From Prochlorococcus sp. AG-679-M23 (GTDB lineage: Bacteria; Cyanobacteriota; Cyanobacteriia; PCC-6307; Cyanobiaceae), in the NCBI GenBank assembly GCA_003208875.1, contig QCUR01000002.1, positions 160,001 to 224,000 on the forward strand: DNA of 64,000 nt, written 5' to 3'. Position 1 is the first letter of the stretch. Each line of letters opens with the position of its first letter. Positions 20,248 to 32,183 of this stretch are shown one piece after another. Both the position numbers and the translations under genes were made by a program. The notes below the pieces were generated by a model. The model searched no databases, was not told where the DNA came from, and was given only the letters and a program-made list of their open reading frames with translations.

Positions 20248-20319
20248 CTGGGCCGCTAGGATTCGAACCTAGGAATGTCGAGACCAAAACCCGATGCCTT
20301 ACCACTTGGCGACGGCCCA
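20248..20319 (-). tRNA. tRNA-Gln(TTG)
   Basis: Reverse complement TGGGCCGTCGCCAAGTGGTAAGGC...TCGGG-TTTTGGT-CTCGA...GGTTCGAATCC...CGGCCCAG; anticodon TTG. Confidence 0.97.
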
Positions 20320-20423
20320 ATGAAACTTTATTTTAATACATTACTAGGTTTTTTTCTATCAAAAATATAAATTTTTATTCTAGATTTTCTGAAATTGTTT
20401 TTTAATTTACTTAAATACGGGGA

Positions 20424-21422
20424 TTAGCTGATTTTCCATGGGTTAAGCAATTTTTGTGCTTTTTTTATTGCTAATGCCATTTTTTCTGGATATTCATATA
20501 ATTTTTTATTATTTTTGTTGGCATCTTCAATAAGTGGTTGCATTATTTTTCTAGCAGAACTCCCAAAGGCAATTCCATCAGGAAAATTATTTATTTTCAA
20601 AAATTCATGAGTTTTTCCATTTGTTCCTCCTGCTAGTTGAATTAAACCTGGGGGAAGATGAGATCCTATATTATTCCATAATTTAACTGTATCCTTCCCT
20701 GTTGCTGGAGCAAGATCCCCAGACATAGGTCTTCCATCTAGTTGCCAAATAAGCGGCACATTATGTTCGACAAGAATTTCATATCTTTCCCAGAGAGCTT
20801 TTAAAAGATCTTTTGGTCCTTTTTGGGATTGATTTAATCCGCAACTTACAGATATTTTTTTAAATTTTATCCCTGAAGTTTTGAGAATATTTGCAACTTC
20901 TATAAAAGAATCTAGTCGATTGATTTCCGTATGAATTTCAACTGCATCAGGTTTTATTGTCTTTAGAGTTTGTGGCAAGTCATTATTTGATAATTTATAT
21001 TCATATTCACAAATTAAATTTAGGGGACAACTATTTATACATCTTCCACATCCATAGCATTTATTTTCTTTTACCCCAGAATAATCAATTGCAAAGGTAG
21101 GACAAATCCTTTCGCATGGCCTAGGACAATTAGAGGGGCATTTCAATGGATCAAATTTAGCTTTGCGAAAATGTATATCCTTTCCATCACTAATGCTTAT
21201 CATCAATCCAGGAGAGGCACCGTAGAGTTTCTTCGCCCATTTGATACCGTTTCTTGCTGCTTCAACTATAGATTCGTCAGCAGCAACATCAATATAGTCC
21301 ACTCCAGCAGCGGAATAAATAGCACTTAAATCTTCTATGGCAACAATATCTTCATTGCTCGCCCCGCAAATTAATTTAACCCATTTATCTGATCCCTTTT
21401 TATTTTTTTTTAAATAACTCAA
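20424..21422 (-). CDS. ldpA: Fe-S protein LdpA (light-dependent period, circadian input)
   Basis: WVKLICGAS, HFRKA, ferredoxin motifs CPSNCPRPCERICP and CYGCGRCINSCP, WQLDGRPMSGD, QLAGGTN. Confidence 0.88.
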   Translation of the reverse strand: MSYLKKNKKGSDKWVKLICGASNEDIVAIEDLSAIYSAAGVDYIDVAADESIVEAARNGIKWAKKLYGASPGLMISISDGKDIHFRKAKFDPLKCPSNCPRPCERICPTFAIDYSGVKENKCYGCGRCINSCPLNLICEYEYKLSNNDLPQTLKTIKPDAVEIHTEINRLDSFIEVANILKTSGIKFKKISVSCGLNQSQKGPKDLLKALWERYEILVEHNVPLIWQLDGRPMSGDLAPATGKDTVKLWNNIGSHLPPGLIQLAGGTNGKTHEFLKINNFPDGIAFGSSARKIMQPLIEDANKNNKKLYEYPEKMALAIKKAQKLLNPWKIS

Positions 21423-21424
21423 TT

Positions 21425-21895
21425 TCAGAATTCATTCAATATGTAATCATTTAAAGATTTCCATTCAAGTTTTCTAGAACCACCCATTTCAACAACAATT
21501 TTTAGTTTGTTATCTGAATTACAGATTTTAATTAAGCTTTCTAGCTCAGATTGAGATAAGACTTGACCTTCCAATAGCCATAATAATTTATCTTTATCAT
21601 TCTCATTAAATAGTTCAGACGCTTGAGGGATGACTTGCTGAACTTCTCCAAGAGCACCATTTCTGCCAATACTTTGATGACCGAGATGAGGTGGCCTTAT
21701 ACCGTGTAATTTAAGTAAAAATACTTCAGGATCTCCTAATCCTCTAGCAGAGGTAATGTAAGTTTTAAAACCTTTAGCTCGCATTCTTCTTAAAAGACGA
21801 GTTTCATACCCCCCCTCTAAAGGCGCAAACATAGCTAAGCATTTATTTTTATTTAAATCATTATGAAACTTTTTTCCTGTCAGAAGTAATGGCAT
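21425..21895 (-). CDS. ndhN: NDH-1 complex subunit N
   Basis: [30 protein letters not shown]. Confidence 0.93.
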   Translation of the reverse strand: MPLLLTGKKFHNDLNKNKCLAMFAPLEGGYETRLLRRMRAKGFKTYITSARGLGDPEVFLLKLHGIRPPHLGHQSIGRNGALGEVQQVIPQASELFNENDKDKLLWLLEGQVLSQSELESLIKICNSDNKLKIVVEMGGSRKLEWKSLNDYILNEF

Positions 21896-21957
21896 AAAGA
21901 TTCTCTTTATCTATATATTATTTCATTTTATGGTACTTGATGATGTACAATTTATAT

Positions 21958-22183
21958 TCGGTGAATTTTTTTAAGCTCGCAAGCTAGCCGAGCCTCTGGA
22001 ATATTCACGTTTTTTAGCGTTTCGTTAAAGAATTTGGGATGGGTTTAAACCCGATGAGAAACTTTCTAATTTTAGAAAAGTCTCACTCCTAATATTAAAT
22101 TTTTGATTAATAACTTTGTTGAAACTTTTAAGAGATTTGACAATTAACCAAAAATTATTTACGAGCTAGCCTACTCAAGTCTT
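21958..22183 (+). promoter_or_regulatory. Structured 5' leader of the rplC operon (putative r-protein leader)
   Basis: TACAAT at 21946-21951, then nested stems GTGAAT/ATTCAC, GCTCG/CGAGC, TTGGGA/TCCTAA, GGGTTTAAACCC and TGAGA..TCTCA; boundaries approximate. Confidence 0.6.
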
Positions 22184-22837
22184 ATGTCTATAGGAATTTT
22201 AGGGAAAAAATTGGGCATGTCTCAATTATTCGATGAAGATGGGAATGCAGTACCGGTTACTCTTATAGAGGCTGGCCCTTGTCGAGTTACGCAATTAAAA
22301 ACTCAACCTTTGGATGGTTATTCTGCTATTCAAATAGGTTATGGAGTATCAAAGGATAAGCATTTGAGTAAGCCTGAGAAAGGACATCTACTGAAATCAG
22401 GTGAAATACTTTTAAAACACCTAAAGGAATACAGAGTCGAAGAGACTTCCCCTTACGAGATCGGTAATGAAATATCTGTTACAAATTTTGAGGTTGGTCA
22501 GAAAGTTGATATTAGCGGGAAATCAATGGGTAGAGGTTTCTCTGGATATCAAAAAAGACATGGTTTTAGTAGAGGACCTATGAGTCATGGTTCCAAAAAT
22601 CATAGAGCTCCAGGATCAACAGGTGCTGGAACAACTCCTGGGAGAATTTATCCTGGTAAAAGGATGGCAGGAAGATATGGAGGTAAAAAAATAACAACAA
22701 AGGGTTTACTAGTGGTCAAAATTGATGATCAGAAAAATTTACTTGTAGTAAAAGGTTCTATACCAGGTAAACCTGGCTCGATAGTAAATATAAAGCCCAA
22801 TAATGTTGTAGGTAACAAAGGAGGAGCAAAATCATGA
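22184..22837 (+). CDS. rplC: 50S ribosomal protein L3
   Basis: [25 protein letters not shown]. Confidence 0.98.
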   Translation: MSIGILGKKLGMSQLFDEDGNAVPVTLIEAGPCRVTQLKTQPLDGYSAIQIGYGVSKDKHLSKPEKGHLLKSGEILLKHLKEYRVEETSPYEIGNEISVTNFEVGQKVDISGKSMGRGFSGYQKRHGFSRGPMSHGSKNHRAPGSTGAGTTPGRIYPGKRMAGRYGGKKITTKGLLVVKIDDQKNLLVVKGSIPGKPGSIVNIKPNNVVGNKGGAKS

Positions 22838-23466
22838 CAACCTTGGAAACTTTAAAATGGGATGGCAAAAAAGCTGGCAAGGTCTCAATTGATTTAAAAG
22901 TTGCCAAAGAGACTTCTTCTGCCGATTTAATCCATAGAGCTGTTCTTAGACAATTAGCTAACAAAAGACAAGGAACCGCATCTACTTTGACAAGGTCTGA
23001 AGTTCGTGGAGGAGGTAGGAAGCCATATAAGCAAAAGGGTACGGGTAGAGCTCGTCAAGGATCAATTAGGACCCCATTAAGACCAGGAGGAGGGGTAATT
23101 TTTGGTCCTAAACCACGTTCGTATAACTTAGATATGAACCGAAAAGAAAGAAGATTAGCACTTAGAACAGCCTTAATGTCTAGGATTGCTGATATCAAAA
23201 CTGTTGAAGACTTTGGTTCAACATTAGACCAACCAAAAACTAGTGAGATAATAAATGGTCTTTCTAGATTAGGAGTAGAAAAAACAGAAAAGGTGTTAGT
23301 TATTCTTGATGATCCCTCTGATGTTATTAAAAAATCTATTAACAACATTGAAAAGGTAAAGTTAATTGCTGCTGATCAATTAAATGTTTTTGATATTCTC
23401 AATGCTAATAAGTTAGTTATTGGTCAATCAGCAATCAATAAAATTCAGGAGGTTTATGCATCATGA
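22834..23466 (+). CDS. rplD: 50S ribosomal protein L4
   Basis: [25 protein letters not shown]. Confidence 0.98.
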   Translation: MTTLETLKWDGKKAGKVSIDLKVAKETSSADLIHRAVLRQLANKRQGTASTLTRSEVRGGGRKPYKQKGTGRARQGSIRTPLRPGGGVIFGPKPRSYNLDMNRKERRLALRTALMSRIADIKTVEDFGSTLDQPKTSEIINGLSRLGVEKTEKVLVILDDPSDVIKKSINNIEKVKLIAADQLNVFDILNANKLVIGQSAINKIQEVYAS

Positions 23467-23765
23467 GTAGATTATTTGATTCTCGTCTAGCAGATATAAT
23501 TCGTAAACCTGTAATTACAGAAAAAGCGACAAATGCTCTAGATCTTAACCAATATACTTTTGAGGTAGATCATAGGGCTGCAAAACCTCAGATAAAGGCA
23601 GCAATTGAGGCCTTGTTTAGTGTTAAAGTTATAGGAGTAAACACTATGAATCCTCCAAGGAGAACAAGAAGAGTCGGTAAATTTTCCGGGAAGCGTTCTC
23701 AAATTAAAAAGGCAATTGTACGTCTTGCTGAAGGAGACAAAATTCAACTATTCCCAGAATCTTAA
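23463..23765 (+). CDS. rplW: 50S ribosomal protein L23
   Basis: PVITEKA, YTFEV, KKAIVRL; operon position. Confidence 0.97.
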   Translation: MSRLFDSRLADIIRKPVITEKATNALDLNQYTFEVDHRAAKPQIKAAIEALFSVKVIGVNTMNPPRRTRRVGKFSGKRSQIKKAIVRLAEGDKIQLFPES

Positions 23766-23777
23766 GGAGTATTTATT

Positions 23778-24641
23778 ATGGCTATTCGTAAATTCAAACC
23801 CTATACACCTGGAACTAGACAAAGAGTTGTTACTGACTTTAGTGAGATTACAGGTTCAAAACCAGAAAGATCATTAATAGTTTCTAAGCATAGGAATAAA
23901 GGTAGAAATAATAGAGGAGTTATTACCTGTCGTCATAGAGGGGGCGGACACAAAAGACAATACAGATTAGTTGATTTCAGAAGAGACAAAAAAAATATTA
24001 ATGCAAAGGTTGCAGCTATACATTATGATCCACATAGAAATGCGAGACTAGCACTTTTATTCTATGAAGACGGAGAGAAAAGATATATAATCGCGCCAGC
24101 AGGAATAAAAGTAGGTCAAAATGTAATTTCTGGTGAAGGTGTTCCAATTGAAGAAGGGAATGCAATGCCACTATCTTCAATGCCATTAGGATCAAGTGTT
24201 CATTGTGTAGAACTATATGCTGGTAGAGGTGCTCAAATGGCCAGATCTGCAGGAGCTAGTGCACAACTAATGGCAAAAGAAGGAGAGTATGTGGCTTTAA
24301 AACTCCCATCTACTGAAGTTAGACTTGTACGCAAGGAATGTTATGCAACTTTAGGTGAAGTGGGTAATTCTGAAATACGTAATACTAGCTTAGGAAAAGC
24401 AGGCAGAAGAAGATGGTTAGGTAGAAGACCTCAAGTAAGAGGTAGTGTGATGAACCCATGTGATCATCCACATGGAGGAGGAGAGGGAAAAGCCCCGATT
24501 GGTAGGGCAGGTCCTGTAACTCCTTGGGGTAAGCCAGCACTTGGATTAAAGACACGTAAGAAAAACAAGCCAAGTAACAAATTAGTTGTTCGAAGACGTC
24601 GTCGTATTTCCAAGAGAAGTAGAGGAGGAAGAGATTCTTGA
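23778..24641 (+). CDS. rplB: 50S ribosomal protein L2
   Basis: [29 protein letters not shown]. Confidence 0.99.
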   Translation: MAIRKFKPYTPGTRQRVVTDFSEITGSKPERSLIVSKHRNKGRNNRGVITCRHRGGGHKRQYRLVDFRRDKKNINAKVAAIHYDPHRNARLALLFYEDGEKRYIIAPAGIKVGQNVISGEGVPIEEGNAMPLSSMPLGSSVHCVELYAGRGAQMARSAGASAQLMAKEGEYVALKLPSTEVRLVRKECYATLGEVGNSEIRNTSLGKAGRRRWLGRRPQVRGSVMNPCDHPHGGGEGKAPIGRAGPVTPWGKPALGLKTRKKNKPSNKLVVRRRRRISKRSRGGRDS

Positions 24642-24647
24642 TTACTA

Positions 24648-24671
24648 CTATTTCTATTTCTATTTCTATTT
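24648..24671 (+). repeat. (CTATTT)4 hexanucleotide tandem repeat in the rplB-rpsS spacer
   Basis: Four perfect units read directly, ending 8 nt before the rpsS ATG. Confidence 0.9.
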
Positions 24672-24679
24672 TATAAATT

Positions 24680-24955
24680 ATGGGACGTTCATTAAAAAAA
24701 GGGCCTTTTATAGCAGATAGTTTGCTTAAAAAGGTAGAAAAACAAAATACTGATAATGATAAATCAGTCATCAAAACATGGTCTAGATCTTCGACAATCC
24801 TTCCTGTTATGATTGGTCATACGATTGCTGTTCACAATGGTAAGGCACATATACCAGTATTTATAACTGAACAAATGATTGGCCATAAATTAGGTGAATT
24901 TGCTCCAACAAGAACCTATCGTGGCCACTTAAGAGATAAGAAGGGGGCAAGATAA
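24680..24955 (+). CDS. rpsS: 30S ribosomal protein S19
   Basis: [24 protein letters not shown]. Confidence 0.98.
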   Translation: MGRSLKKGPFIADSLLKKVEKQNTDNDKSVIKTWSRSSTILPVMIGHTIAVHNGKAHIPVFITEQMIGHKLGEFAPTRTYRGHLRDKKGAR

Positions 24956-25342
24956 ATGACAAAAACACCTGAAATGACAAAAACAGCTATTGCTCACGGT
25001 AAGTATATTCGTGGTTCTGCATCAAAAGTAAGAAGAGTTCTCGATCAAATTAGAGGTAAATCTTATAGAGACGCACTTATTATGTTGGAATTTATGCCAT
25101 ATAGATCTACCGATCCTATTACTAAGGTTTTAAGATCTGCAGTAGCTAATGCTGAACATAACTTGGGTATGGACCCTTCGTCCCTAGTAATATCTTCAGC
25201 TTCGGCCGATAACGGTCCGGTGATGAAAAGGTTCAGACCTAGAGCTCAAGGTAGAGCTTTCTCTATCAAAAAACAGACTTGTCATATAAGTATTTCTGTT
25301 GAATCTGCTCCTAATCAAATTAATACGGAGGCACAAAACTAA
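24956..25342 (+). CDS. rplV: 50S ribosomal protein L22
   Basis: [20 protein letters not shown]. Confidence 0.98.
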   Translation: MTKTPEMTKTAIAHGKYIRGSASKVRRVLDQIRGKSYRDALIMLEFMPYRSTDPITKVLRSAVANAEHNLGMDPSSLVISSASADNGPVMKRFRPRAQGRAFSIKKQTCHISISVESAPNQINTEAQN

Positions 25343-26073
25343 TGGGTAATAAAATTAACCCAACAGGGTTTAGGTTAGGCATCACACAAGAACATCGTTC
25401 AAAATGGTTTGCTACTTCTAAAACTTATCCAACTCTTCTTCAAGAAGACGATAAAATACGTACTTTTATCCAAAAGAAATATAGTTCAGCTGGAATCAGT
25501 GATGTACTAATTGCTAGAAAAGCCGACCAGTTAGAACTTGAATTAAAAACAGCCAGACCTGGAGTGATTGTAGGAAGGCAAGGAAGTGGTATCGAAGAAT
25601 TGAGGTCAGGTATACAAAAAACTATAGGAGATAGAACAAGACAAGTTCGAATTAATGTAGTTGAAGTGGAGAGAGTTGATGCGGATGCATATTTACTTGC
25701 TGAATACATAGCACAACAATTAGAAAAAAGAGTTGCCTTTAGAAGAACTATAAGGATGGCTTTGCAAAGAGCACAAAGAGCTGGTGTCCTAGGCTTGAAA
25801 GTACAAGTAGGAGGACGACTCAATGGTGCAGAAATAGCTAGAACAGAGTGGACTAGAGAAGGTAGGGTTCCTCTTCACACTTTGAGAGCTGAAGTTGATT
25901 ATGCACTGCGGGAAGCAAATACAACTTATGGTGTATTAGGAATTAAAGTTTGGGTTTTCAAAGGGGAGGTTCTTCCCAAAGAAGAACAAACTATTCCTGT
26001 TGGTGCTATTCCGAGAAGGAAAGGTAGCCGAAAACCTCAGCAATTTGAGGATCGTTCAAATGATAATTCATAG
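25342..26073 (+). CDS. rpsC: 30S ribosomal protein S3
   Basis: [32 protein letters not shown]. Confidence 0.98.
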   Translation: MGNKINPTGFRLGITQEHRSKWFATSKTYPTLLQEDDKIRTFIQKKYSSAGISDVLIARKADQLELELKTARPGVIVGRQGSGIEELRSGIQKTIGDRTRQVRINVVEVERVDADAYLLAEYIAQQLEKRVAFRRTIRMALQRAQRAGVLGLKVQVGGRLNGAEIARTEWTREGRVPLHTLRAEVDYALREANTTYGVLGIKVWVFKGEVLPKEEQTIPVGAIPRRKGSRKPQQFEDRSNDNS

Positions 26074-26084
26074 GAGGTATTACA

Positions 26085-26567
26085 ATGCTTAGTCCAAAAC
26101 GTACAAAATTCCGAAAACAGCATAGAGGCAGAATGAAAGGAATTGCCTCTAAGGGTAATACCATTGCATTTGGTCAGTTTGCACTCCAAGCTCAAGATTG
26201 TGGCTGGGTAACTGCTCGACAGATTGAAGCGAGTAGAAGAGCAATGACAAGATATGTTAAACGCGGTGGAAAAATATGGATTCGTATTTTCCCAGACAAA
26301 CCAGTCACTATGAGACCAGCTGAAACTAGGATGGGATCAGGAAAAGGTAATCCAGAGTTTTGGGTGGCTGTTGTAAAACCTGGAAGAATATTATTTGAAA
26401 TGGGTGGTGAAGAGATTACAGAAGAAATTGCAAAAGAAGCTATGCGTTTAGCCCAATATAAATTACCAGTAAAAACAAAATTTATTTCTAGTGATATAAA
26501 TCTAAGTAGTAATTCATCAGTAAAAGGTAAAACAGGGAAAGATTCAAAAGAGGAGGTTAAAAAATGA
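26085..26567 (+). CDS. rplP: 50S ribosomal protein L16
   Basis: [34 protein letters not shown] upstream. Confidence 0.98.
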   Translation: MLSPKRTKFRKQHRGRMKGIASKGNTIAFGQFALQAQDCGWVTARQIEASRRAMTRYVKRGGKIWIRIFPDKPVTMRPAETRMGSGKGNPEFWVAVVKPGRILFEMGGEEITEEIAKEAMRLAQYKLPVKTKFISSDINLSSNSSVKGKTGKDSKEEVKK

Positions 26568-26782
26568 AAAATTCAGAATCTATAAAAGAATTCAAAAAGT
26601 TAAATTCTTCTCAAATTACCGAAAAAATTGATCAACTCCGAAAAGATCTCTTCGACTTGAGATTCAAACAGGCAACAAGACAGCTTAATGAAACTCATCA
26701 ATTTAAAATCATTAAGAAACAAGTTGCACAATTACTTACTCTTAGTAAAAGTCAATCCACTTCTCAAAAACCCGCTGATTAA
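26564..26782 (+). CDS. rpmC: 50S ribosomal protein L29
   Basis: [13 protein letters not shown]; operon position. Confidence 0.95.
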   Translation: MKNSESIKEFKKLNSSQITEKIDQLRKDLFDLRFKQATRQLNETHQFKIIKKQVAQLLTLSKSQSTSQKPAD

Positions 26783-26790
26783 TTATTGCT

Positions 26791-27057
26791 ATGGCACTTA
26801 AAGAAAGAATTGGTACTGTTGTAAGCGACAAAATGGACAAAACAGTTGTTGTTGCTGTAATCAATAGATACCCACATCCAACTTATAAAAAGATTGTAAG
26901 TAAAACTACTCGCTACAAGGCACATGATCCAGAAAATAATTGTGTTTTGGGAGATCGAGTTAAAATTAAAGAAACAAGGCCACTAAGTGCTCATAAAAGA
27001 TGGGCAATAGAGGAAATTCTAAATAAAACAATAACGAGTAAGGAGGATAAAAAATGA
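26791..27057 (+). CDS. rpsQ: 30S ribosomal protein S17
   Basis: [20 protein letters not shown]. Confidence 0.98.
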   Translation: MALKERIGTVVSDKMDKTVVVAVINRYPHPTYKKIVSKTTRYKAHDPENNCVLGDRVKIKETRPLSAHKRWAIEEILNKTITSKEDKK

Positions 27058-27419
27058 TTCAACAGGAAACTTATTTAACTGTTGCTGATAACAGTGGAGC
27101 TAAAAGACTTCAATGTATAAGAGTACTAGGTTCAAATAGAAGATATGCACATGTGGGCGATGTTGTTGTTGCATCAGTAAAAGATGCATTGCCAAATATG
27201 GGGGTTAAAAAATCAGATGTCGTTAAAGCGGTTATTGTTAGGACAAGACATACTTTAAGAAGAAATACAGGGAACTCAATTCGTTTTGATGATAATGCAG
27301 CCGTTTTGATTAATGAAGATAAAAATCCAAAAGGTACAAGAGTATTTGGTCCAGTAGCAAGGGAATTACGTGATAAGAATTTTACAAAGATCGTTTCTTT
27401 AGCTCCGGAGGTTATTTAA
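27054..27419 (+). CDS. rplN: 50S ribosomal protein L14
   Basis: [21 protein letters not shown]. Confidence 0.98.
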   Translation: MIQQETYLTVADNSGAKRLQCIRVLGSNRRYAHVGDVVVASVKDALPNMGVKKSDVVKAVIVRTRHTLRRNTGNSIRFDDNAAVLINEDKNPKGTRVFGPVARELRDKNFTKIVSLAPEVI

Positions 27420-27776
27420 ATGTTGGACTCACTTAAACAAAAGAAAAATTTCAAACGAATAAAAATGAGAATTAAAACAGGAGATTTAGTCAAAGTTATT
27501 AACGGTAAAGAAAAAGGTAAGACTGGTGAAGTATTAAAAACTATCCCTCTAGAGAATAGAGTAGTTGTGAAGGGAGTAAATCTTAGAACAAAACATGTAA
27601 AACCTACTCAAGAAGGTGAAAGTGGGAGAATATTGACAGAAGAAGCATCATTACACGCTTCTAATGTAATGTTTTTTTCAAAGGATAAAAATCTAATAAG
27701 TAAAATAGAATATTTTATTGATAAAGAGGGAGTTAAAAAAAGGAGATTAAAAAAAACTGGTGAACTAATTGATTAA
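27420..27776 (+). CDS. rplX: 50S ribosomal protein L24
   Basis: [16 protein letters not shown] (KOW motif), HASNVM. Confidence 0.97.
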   Translation: MLDSLKQKKNFKRIKMRIKTGDLVKVINGKEKGKTGEVLKTIPLENRVVVKGVNLRTKHVKPTQEGESGRILTEEASLHASNVMFFSKDKNLISKIEYFIDKEGVKKRRLKKTGELID

Positions 27777-27851
27777 ATTCTTCATCAAAAACGAGATTTC
27801 AATTTTCTTATTACACAATTCTGACAAAGACCAGAATTAATTACAAAAATC

Positions 27852-28388
27852 ATGACTCTTAAAACTCGCTACAAAGAAGCAATAAGACCAAAGCTTTTAA
27901 AAGACCTTGGTCTTAAAAATATTCATCAAGTACCCAAGGTTATTAAAGTTAACGTAAATAGAGGTCTTGGAGAAGCTGCTTCAAATTCAAAGGCTTTAGA
28001 GGCCTCTTTAAATGAAATGGCAACTATTACGGGACAAAAAGCTTTAGTTACAAGATCCAAAAAAGCAATTGCTGGCTTTAAAATAAGGGAAGGAATGGCA
28101 ATTGGCTGTACCGTTACCCTTAGGGGAGATAGAATGTATTCTTTTTTAGAAAGATTTATAAATCTAGCCTTACCAAGAATTAGAGACTTCAGAGGTGTTA
28201 ATCCAAAAAGCTTTGATGGAAGAGGTAATTATACTTTAGGAGTAAAAGAACAATTGATATTTCCTGAAATTTCATTTGATAAAATAGATTCTATTAGAGG
28301 AATGGATATAACAATCGTAACCAGCGCCTCAACCGATCAAGAGGGTAAAGCTCTCTTGAAAGAGCTAGGAATGCCTTTTAGCAATTAA
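27852..28388 (+). CDS. rplE: 50S ribosomal protein L5
   Basis: [21 protein letters not shown]. Confidence 0.98.
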   Translation: MTLKTRYKEAIRPKLLKDLGLKNIHQVPKVIKVNVNRGLGEAASNSKALEASLNEMATITGQKALVTRSKKAIAGFKIREGMAIGCTVTLRGDRMYSFLERFINLALPRIRDFRGVNPKSFDGRGNYTLGVKEQLIFPEISFDKIDSIRGMDITIVTSASTDQEGKALLKELGMPFSN

Positions 28389-28398
28389 CTTTATAAAC

Positions 28399-28800
28399 AT
28401 GTCAAATCACGATCCTATTTCAGATATGCTTACTCGTATAAGAAATGCGAGTCAAAAAAAGCATACATCCACCGCAATCCCAGCTTCTAAAATGTCTCTT
28501 AGCATAGCTAAAGTTCTGCAAAAAGAAGGCTTCATAACTGATATTAATGAGGAAGGTGAAGGTTACAAGTCGCAAATAGTTTTAGGACTTAAATATAGTG
28601 GTAAAAATAAATTTCCTACTATCAGATCAATGCAAAGAGTAAGTAAGCCTGGATTGAGAGTTTATAAAAATACAAAGGGCTTACCAAAAGTTCTTGGAGG
28701 TCTTGGAGTTGCTATAGTATCAACTTCAAAGGGTGTAATGAGTGACCGTGACGCAAGGAAACAAGGCATCGGTGGCGAAGTTCTTTGTTATGTTTATTAA
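28399..28800 (+). CDS. rpsH: 30S ribosomal protein S8
   Basis: [29 protein letters not shown]. Confidence 0.98.
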   Translation: MSNHDPISDMLTRIRNASQKKHTSTAIPASKMSLSIAKVLQKEGFITDINEEGEGYKSQIVLGLKYSGKNKFPTIRSMQRVSKPGLRVYKNTKGLPKVLGGLGVAIVSTSKGVMSDRDARKQGIGGEVLCYVY

Positions 28801-28812
28801 GAGGTATTAATT

Positions 28813-29352
28813 ATGTCAAGAATAGGAAAATCTCCAGTACAAATACCAGAAAAGGTATCTGTTGATATTAAGGGATTAAGTATTACCGTAAAGGGTCCAA
28901 AAGGGGAACTTAAAAGACTGATGCCTGAAGGTGTAAATTTTGATCAGAAAGAAAATCAGATTGTTGTTACTCCAGCAACTACGAAAAGATATTCACGGGA
29001 AAGGCATGGTCTTTGTAGAACATTGATTTCAAATATGGTTCAGGGAGTTACTGAAGGCTACTCAAAGAAATTGGAAATAGTAGGTGTTGGATCTAGGGCT
29101 CAAGTTAAAGGAAAAAATTTAGTAGTAAGTGCTGGATATAGTCATCCGGTAGAAATGACCCCCCCCGATGGTATAACATACAAAGTTGAAAGTAATACTA
29201 ATGTAACTGTATCTGGAATTGATAAAGAAATTGTTGGAAATGAAGCAGCAAAAATCAGATCAATCAGACCTCCAGAACCCTATAAAGGTAAAGGTATCAA
29301 ATACCAAGATGAGAGAATCATCAGAAAAGCTGGCAAATCCGGCAAAAAATAA
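28813..29352 (+). CDS. rplF: 50S ribosomal protein L6
   Basis: [17 protein letters not shown]. Confidence 0.98.
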   Translation: MSRIGKSPVQIPEKVSVDIKGLSITVKGPKGELKRLMPEGVNFDQKENQIVVTPATTKRYSRERHGLCRTLISNMVQGVTEGYSKKLEIVGVGSRAQVKGKNLVVSAGYSHPVEMTPPDGITYKVESNTNVTVSGIDKEIVGNEAAKIRSIRPPEPYKGKGIKYQDERIIRKAGKSGKK

Positions 29353-29366
29353 TTGCTTTAAAAATC

Positions 29367-29735
29367 ATGGCTAAAATTTCAAGGAAACATCAAACTCAAA
29401 AAAGGCATAAAAGATTAAGGCGTTACTTAATCGGTAGTAGCACACGACCAAGATTAGCTGTTTTCCGTTCAAATAATCATATTTATGCCCAAGTTATTGA
29501 TGACGATGCACAACAAACTATATGTTCTGCTTCTACTGTAGATAAAGAACTAAAGGAAGATGAAAGAAAACTCTCATCTAACTGCAGCTCTTCTTCAATT
29601 GTTGGTAAGTTATTAGCTAAAAGAGCAATGAAGAAAGGTGTTAAACAAGTAATTTTTGATCGAGGTGGGAATTTATACCATGGGAGAGTTAAAGCTCTAG
29701 CAGATGCGGCCCGTGATGCAGGCTTGAATTTCTAA
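29367..29735 (+). CDS. rplR: 50S ribosomal protein L18
   Basis: [23 protein letters not shown]. Confidence 0.98.
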   Translation: MAKISRKHQTQKRHKRLRRYLIGSSTRPRLAVFRSNNHIYAQVIDDDAQQTICSASTVDKELKEDERKLSSNCSSSSIVGKLLAKRAMKKGVKQVIFDRGGNLYHGRVKALADAARDAGLNF

Positions 29736-29750
29736 ATATTTATTTTTATC

Positions 29751-30371
29751 ATGACAGACACTCCAACAAAACAAGAAAATCAGTTAAAGACTGAGAATGC
29801 ACCATCATCTAATGCTAATGAGCAGAGGAGAGGTAATCGTAATAATGATCGAAAAAGAAATCGAAGAGGTGACTCTAAAAATGAGAGGGATTCTGAGTGG
29901 CAAGAAAGAGTTGTTCAAATTAGAAGAGTATCTAAAACAGTAAAAGGTGGTAAAAAAATGAGTTTTAGAGCAATTGTTGTTGTTGGGAATGAGAAAGGAC
30001 AAGTAGGAGTAGGAGTAGGGAAGGCAGGAGATGTTATTGGAGCAGTAAGGAAAGGAGTCTCAGACGGTAAAAAACATCTTGTTAGAGTTCCCTTAACTCC
30101 AAATAATTCTATACCTACCTTATCTAAAGGTAGAGATGGAGCAGCGAATGTACTTATTAGACCTGCTGCACCTGGTACGGGTGTAATTGCTGGTGGCTCA
30201 ATTAGGACAGTTCTAGAATTAGCAGGCATAAAAAACGTCTTAGCTAAAAGATTAGGTAGTAAAACTCCTCTAAATAATGCGAGAGCTGCGATGGTGGCTC
30301 TTTCCCAATTAAGAACCCACAAATCTGCCTCTAGAGAGAGAGGTATTTCTCTTGAACAGCTTTATTCTTAA
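29751..30371 (+). CDS. rpsE: 30S ribosomal protein S5
   Basis: [19 protein letters not shown]. Confidence 0.98.
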   Translation: MTDTPTKQENQLKTENAPSSNANEQRRGNRNNDRKRNRRGDSKNERDSEWQERVVQIRRVSKTVKGGKKMSFRAIVVVGNEKGQVGVGVGKAGDVIGAVRKGVSDGKKHLVRVPLTPNNSIPTLSKGRDGAANVLIRPAAPGTGVIAGGSIRTVLELAGIKNVLAKRLGSKTPLNNARAAMVALSQLRTHKSASRERGISLEQLYS

Positions 30372-30375
30372 AATT

Positions 30376-30834
30376 ATGACTTCAACTTTAAATACACTAA
30401 AATCAAACACAGGTTCAAGAAAGAAAAAATTAAGAAAGGGTAGAGGTATCGCAGCAGGGCAGGGAGCTTCTTGTGGTTTTGGTATGAGAGGACAGAAATC
30501 TCGATCCGGTAGACCTACTCGGCCTGGATTTGAAGGTGGTCAAATGCCCCTCTACAGAAGAGTTCCCAAGTTAAAGCATTTTGAAATTATTAATCAAAAA
30601 AATTTTTCAATAGTTAATCTAAGCAAATTAAGTGAATTCAAAGAAAGTGAGGTTGTTAACATAGATTCACTTGTGAAAAAAAAGTTGTTATTTAAGCCGA
30701 AATTTCCTCTCAAAATTTTAGGTAATGGTGAAGTTAAAGTAAAATTAAAAGTTCAAGCTCATGCATTCACTAAAGTTGCCAAGGAAAAAATAGAAGCTGC
30801 AGGTGGATCTTGCGAAATTATTAATAATAAATAA
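30376..30834 (+). CDS. rplO: 50S ribosomal protein L15
   Basis: [18 protein letters not shown] 30376 just after the rpsE stop preferred over TTG 30352. Confidence 0.97.
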   Translation: MTSTLNTLKSNTGSRKKKLRKGRGIAAGQGASCGFGMRGQKSRSGRPTRPGFEGGQMPLYRRVPKLKHFEIINQKNFSIVNLSKLSEFKESEVVNIDSLVKKKLLFKPKFPLKILGNGEVKVKLKVQAHAFTKVAKEKIEAAGGSCEIINNK

Positions 30835-30863
30835 ATTTACTTATAATTTAATTTCACTTGCCG

Positions 30864-32183
30864 ATGTTAATTAACAAAAGTAGAAATCCTAGTGCTTCAG
30901 AAATAGTCACTCAATTATTTTTAAATAAAGAGTTAAGGAATCGAGTTTTAACAACTTTAGGTCTTCTCCTTTTGGTCCGACTGGGCATTTATATACCAAT
31001 GCCTGGAATTGATAGAGTTGCGTTTAAAAGTTTTATTGACCAGGGTGGTCAATTAATTGGTTTTCTAGATATTTTTACTGGGGGAGGAATTTCAACCTTA
31101 GGAATATTTGCTCTTGGAATTTTACCATTTATTAATGCTTCAATTATTATTCAACTTTTGACTGCTTCATTACCTGTTCTTGAAGATTTGCAAAAAAATG
31201 AGGGTGAAGCAGGTAGAAGAAAAATTGCTCAGATTACCAGATATGTTTCTTTGGGATGGGGTTTTTTACAAAGTATCATATTCTCATTAATTCTTAGACA
31301 ATACGCTATCGAGGGTATAAGTGAAAGTGCTTTTGTTTTGCAAACATCTATTGCCCTTGTGACAGGCTCAATGATAGTAATGTGGTTTAGTGAAATTATT
31401 ACGGAGAAAGGAATAGGTCAAGGAGCCTCATTGGTGATCTTCTTAAATATTGTTGCAACCTTGCCAAAAGCTTTGAGTTCAACTATTGAAAAAGCACAAA
31501 CTGGCGATCGTGGAGATGTTCTCGGTATAGCCGTTTTACTCGGAGTCTTTTTATTAACAATCGTAGGAATAATTTTTGTTCAAGAAGGCGCAAGACGCAT
31601 ACCAATTGTTAGTGCAAAAAGACAGATAGGTAATTCTTCACTACTTCCAACAAGACAAAGTTATTTGCCATTAAAGTTGAATGCTGGAGGAGTCATGCCA
31701 ATTATCTTTGCATCTGCCTTGATATTTTTACCAATAACAGTTGCAAATGTTACCGGGAATCCAATTCTAATTAAATTAGCTGGCAGTTTAAATCCGGGTT
31801 CTTCCAATCCATGGCCATATGCACTAACATTTTTTGCTTTAATTTTAGGTTTCTCATACTTTTATGCCTCTCTCACCATTAATCCAGTAGATGTAGCATC
31901 TAATTTAAAAAAGGGAGGAGTTGCTATTCCTGGAGTAAGACCTGGTTCTAATACAGCAAATTACTTGTCAGGTATTCAAAATAGGCTGACACTATTAGGA
32001 GGATTATTTTTAGGTTCAGTAGCCATAATTCCTGCGGCTGTGGAAAGAGCAACTAATGTTCAAACTTTTCAAGGTTTAGGAGCCACTTCTCTATTGATTC
32101 TTGTAGGAGTTGCTATCGATACGGCTAAACAAATTCAAACTTATGTTATTTCGCAGAGGTATGAGGGATTAGTTAATAATTAA
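30864..32183 (+). CDS. secY: Preprotein translocase subunit SecY
   Basis: [44 protein letters not shown] 30864. Confidence 0.98.
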   Translation: MLINKSRNPSASEIVTQLFLNKELRNRVLTTLGLLLLVRLGIYIPMPGIDRVAFKSFIDQGGQLIGFLDIFTGGGISTLGIFALGILPFINASIIIQLLTASLPVLEDLQKNEGEAGRRKIAQITRYVSLGWGFLQSIIFSLILRQYAIEGISESAFVLQTSIALVTGSMIVMWFSEIITEKGIGQGASLVIFLNIVATLPKALSSTIEKAQTGDRGDVLGIAVLLGVFLLTIVGIIFVQEGARRIPIVSAKRQIGNSSLLPTRQSYLPLKLNAGGVMPIIFASALIFLPITVANVTGNPILIKLAGSLNPGSSNPWPYALTFFALILGFSYFYASLTINPVDVASNLKKGGVAIPGVRPGSNTANYLSGIQNRLTLLGGLFLGSVAIIPAAVERATNVQTFQGLGATSLLILVGVAIDTAKQIQTYVISQRYEGLVNN

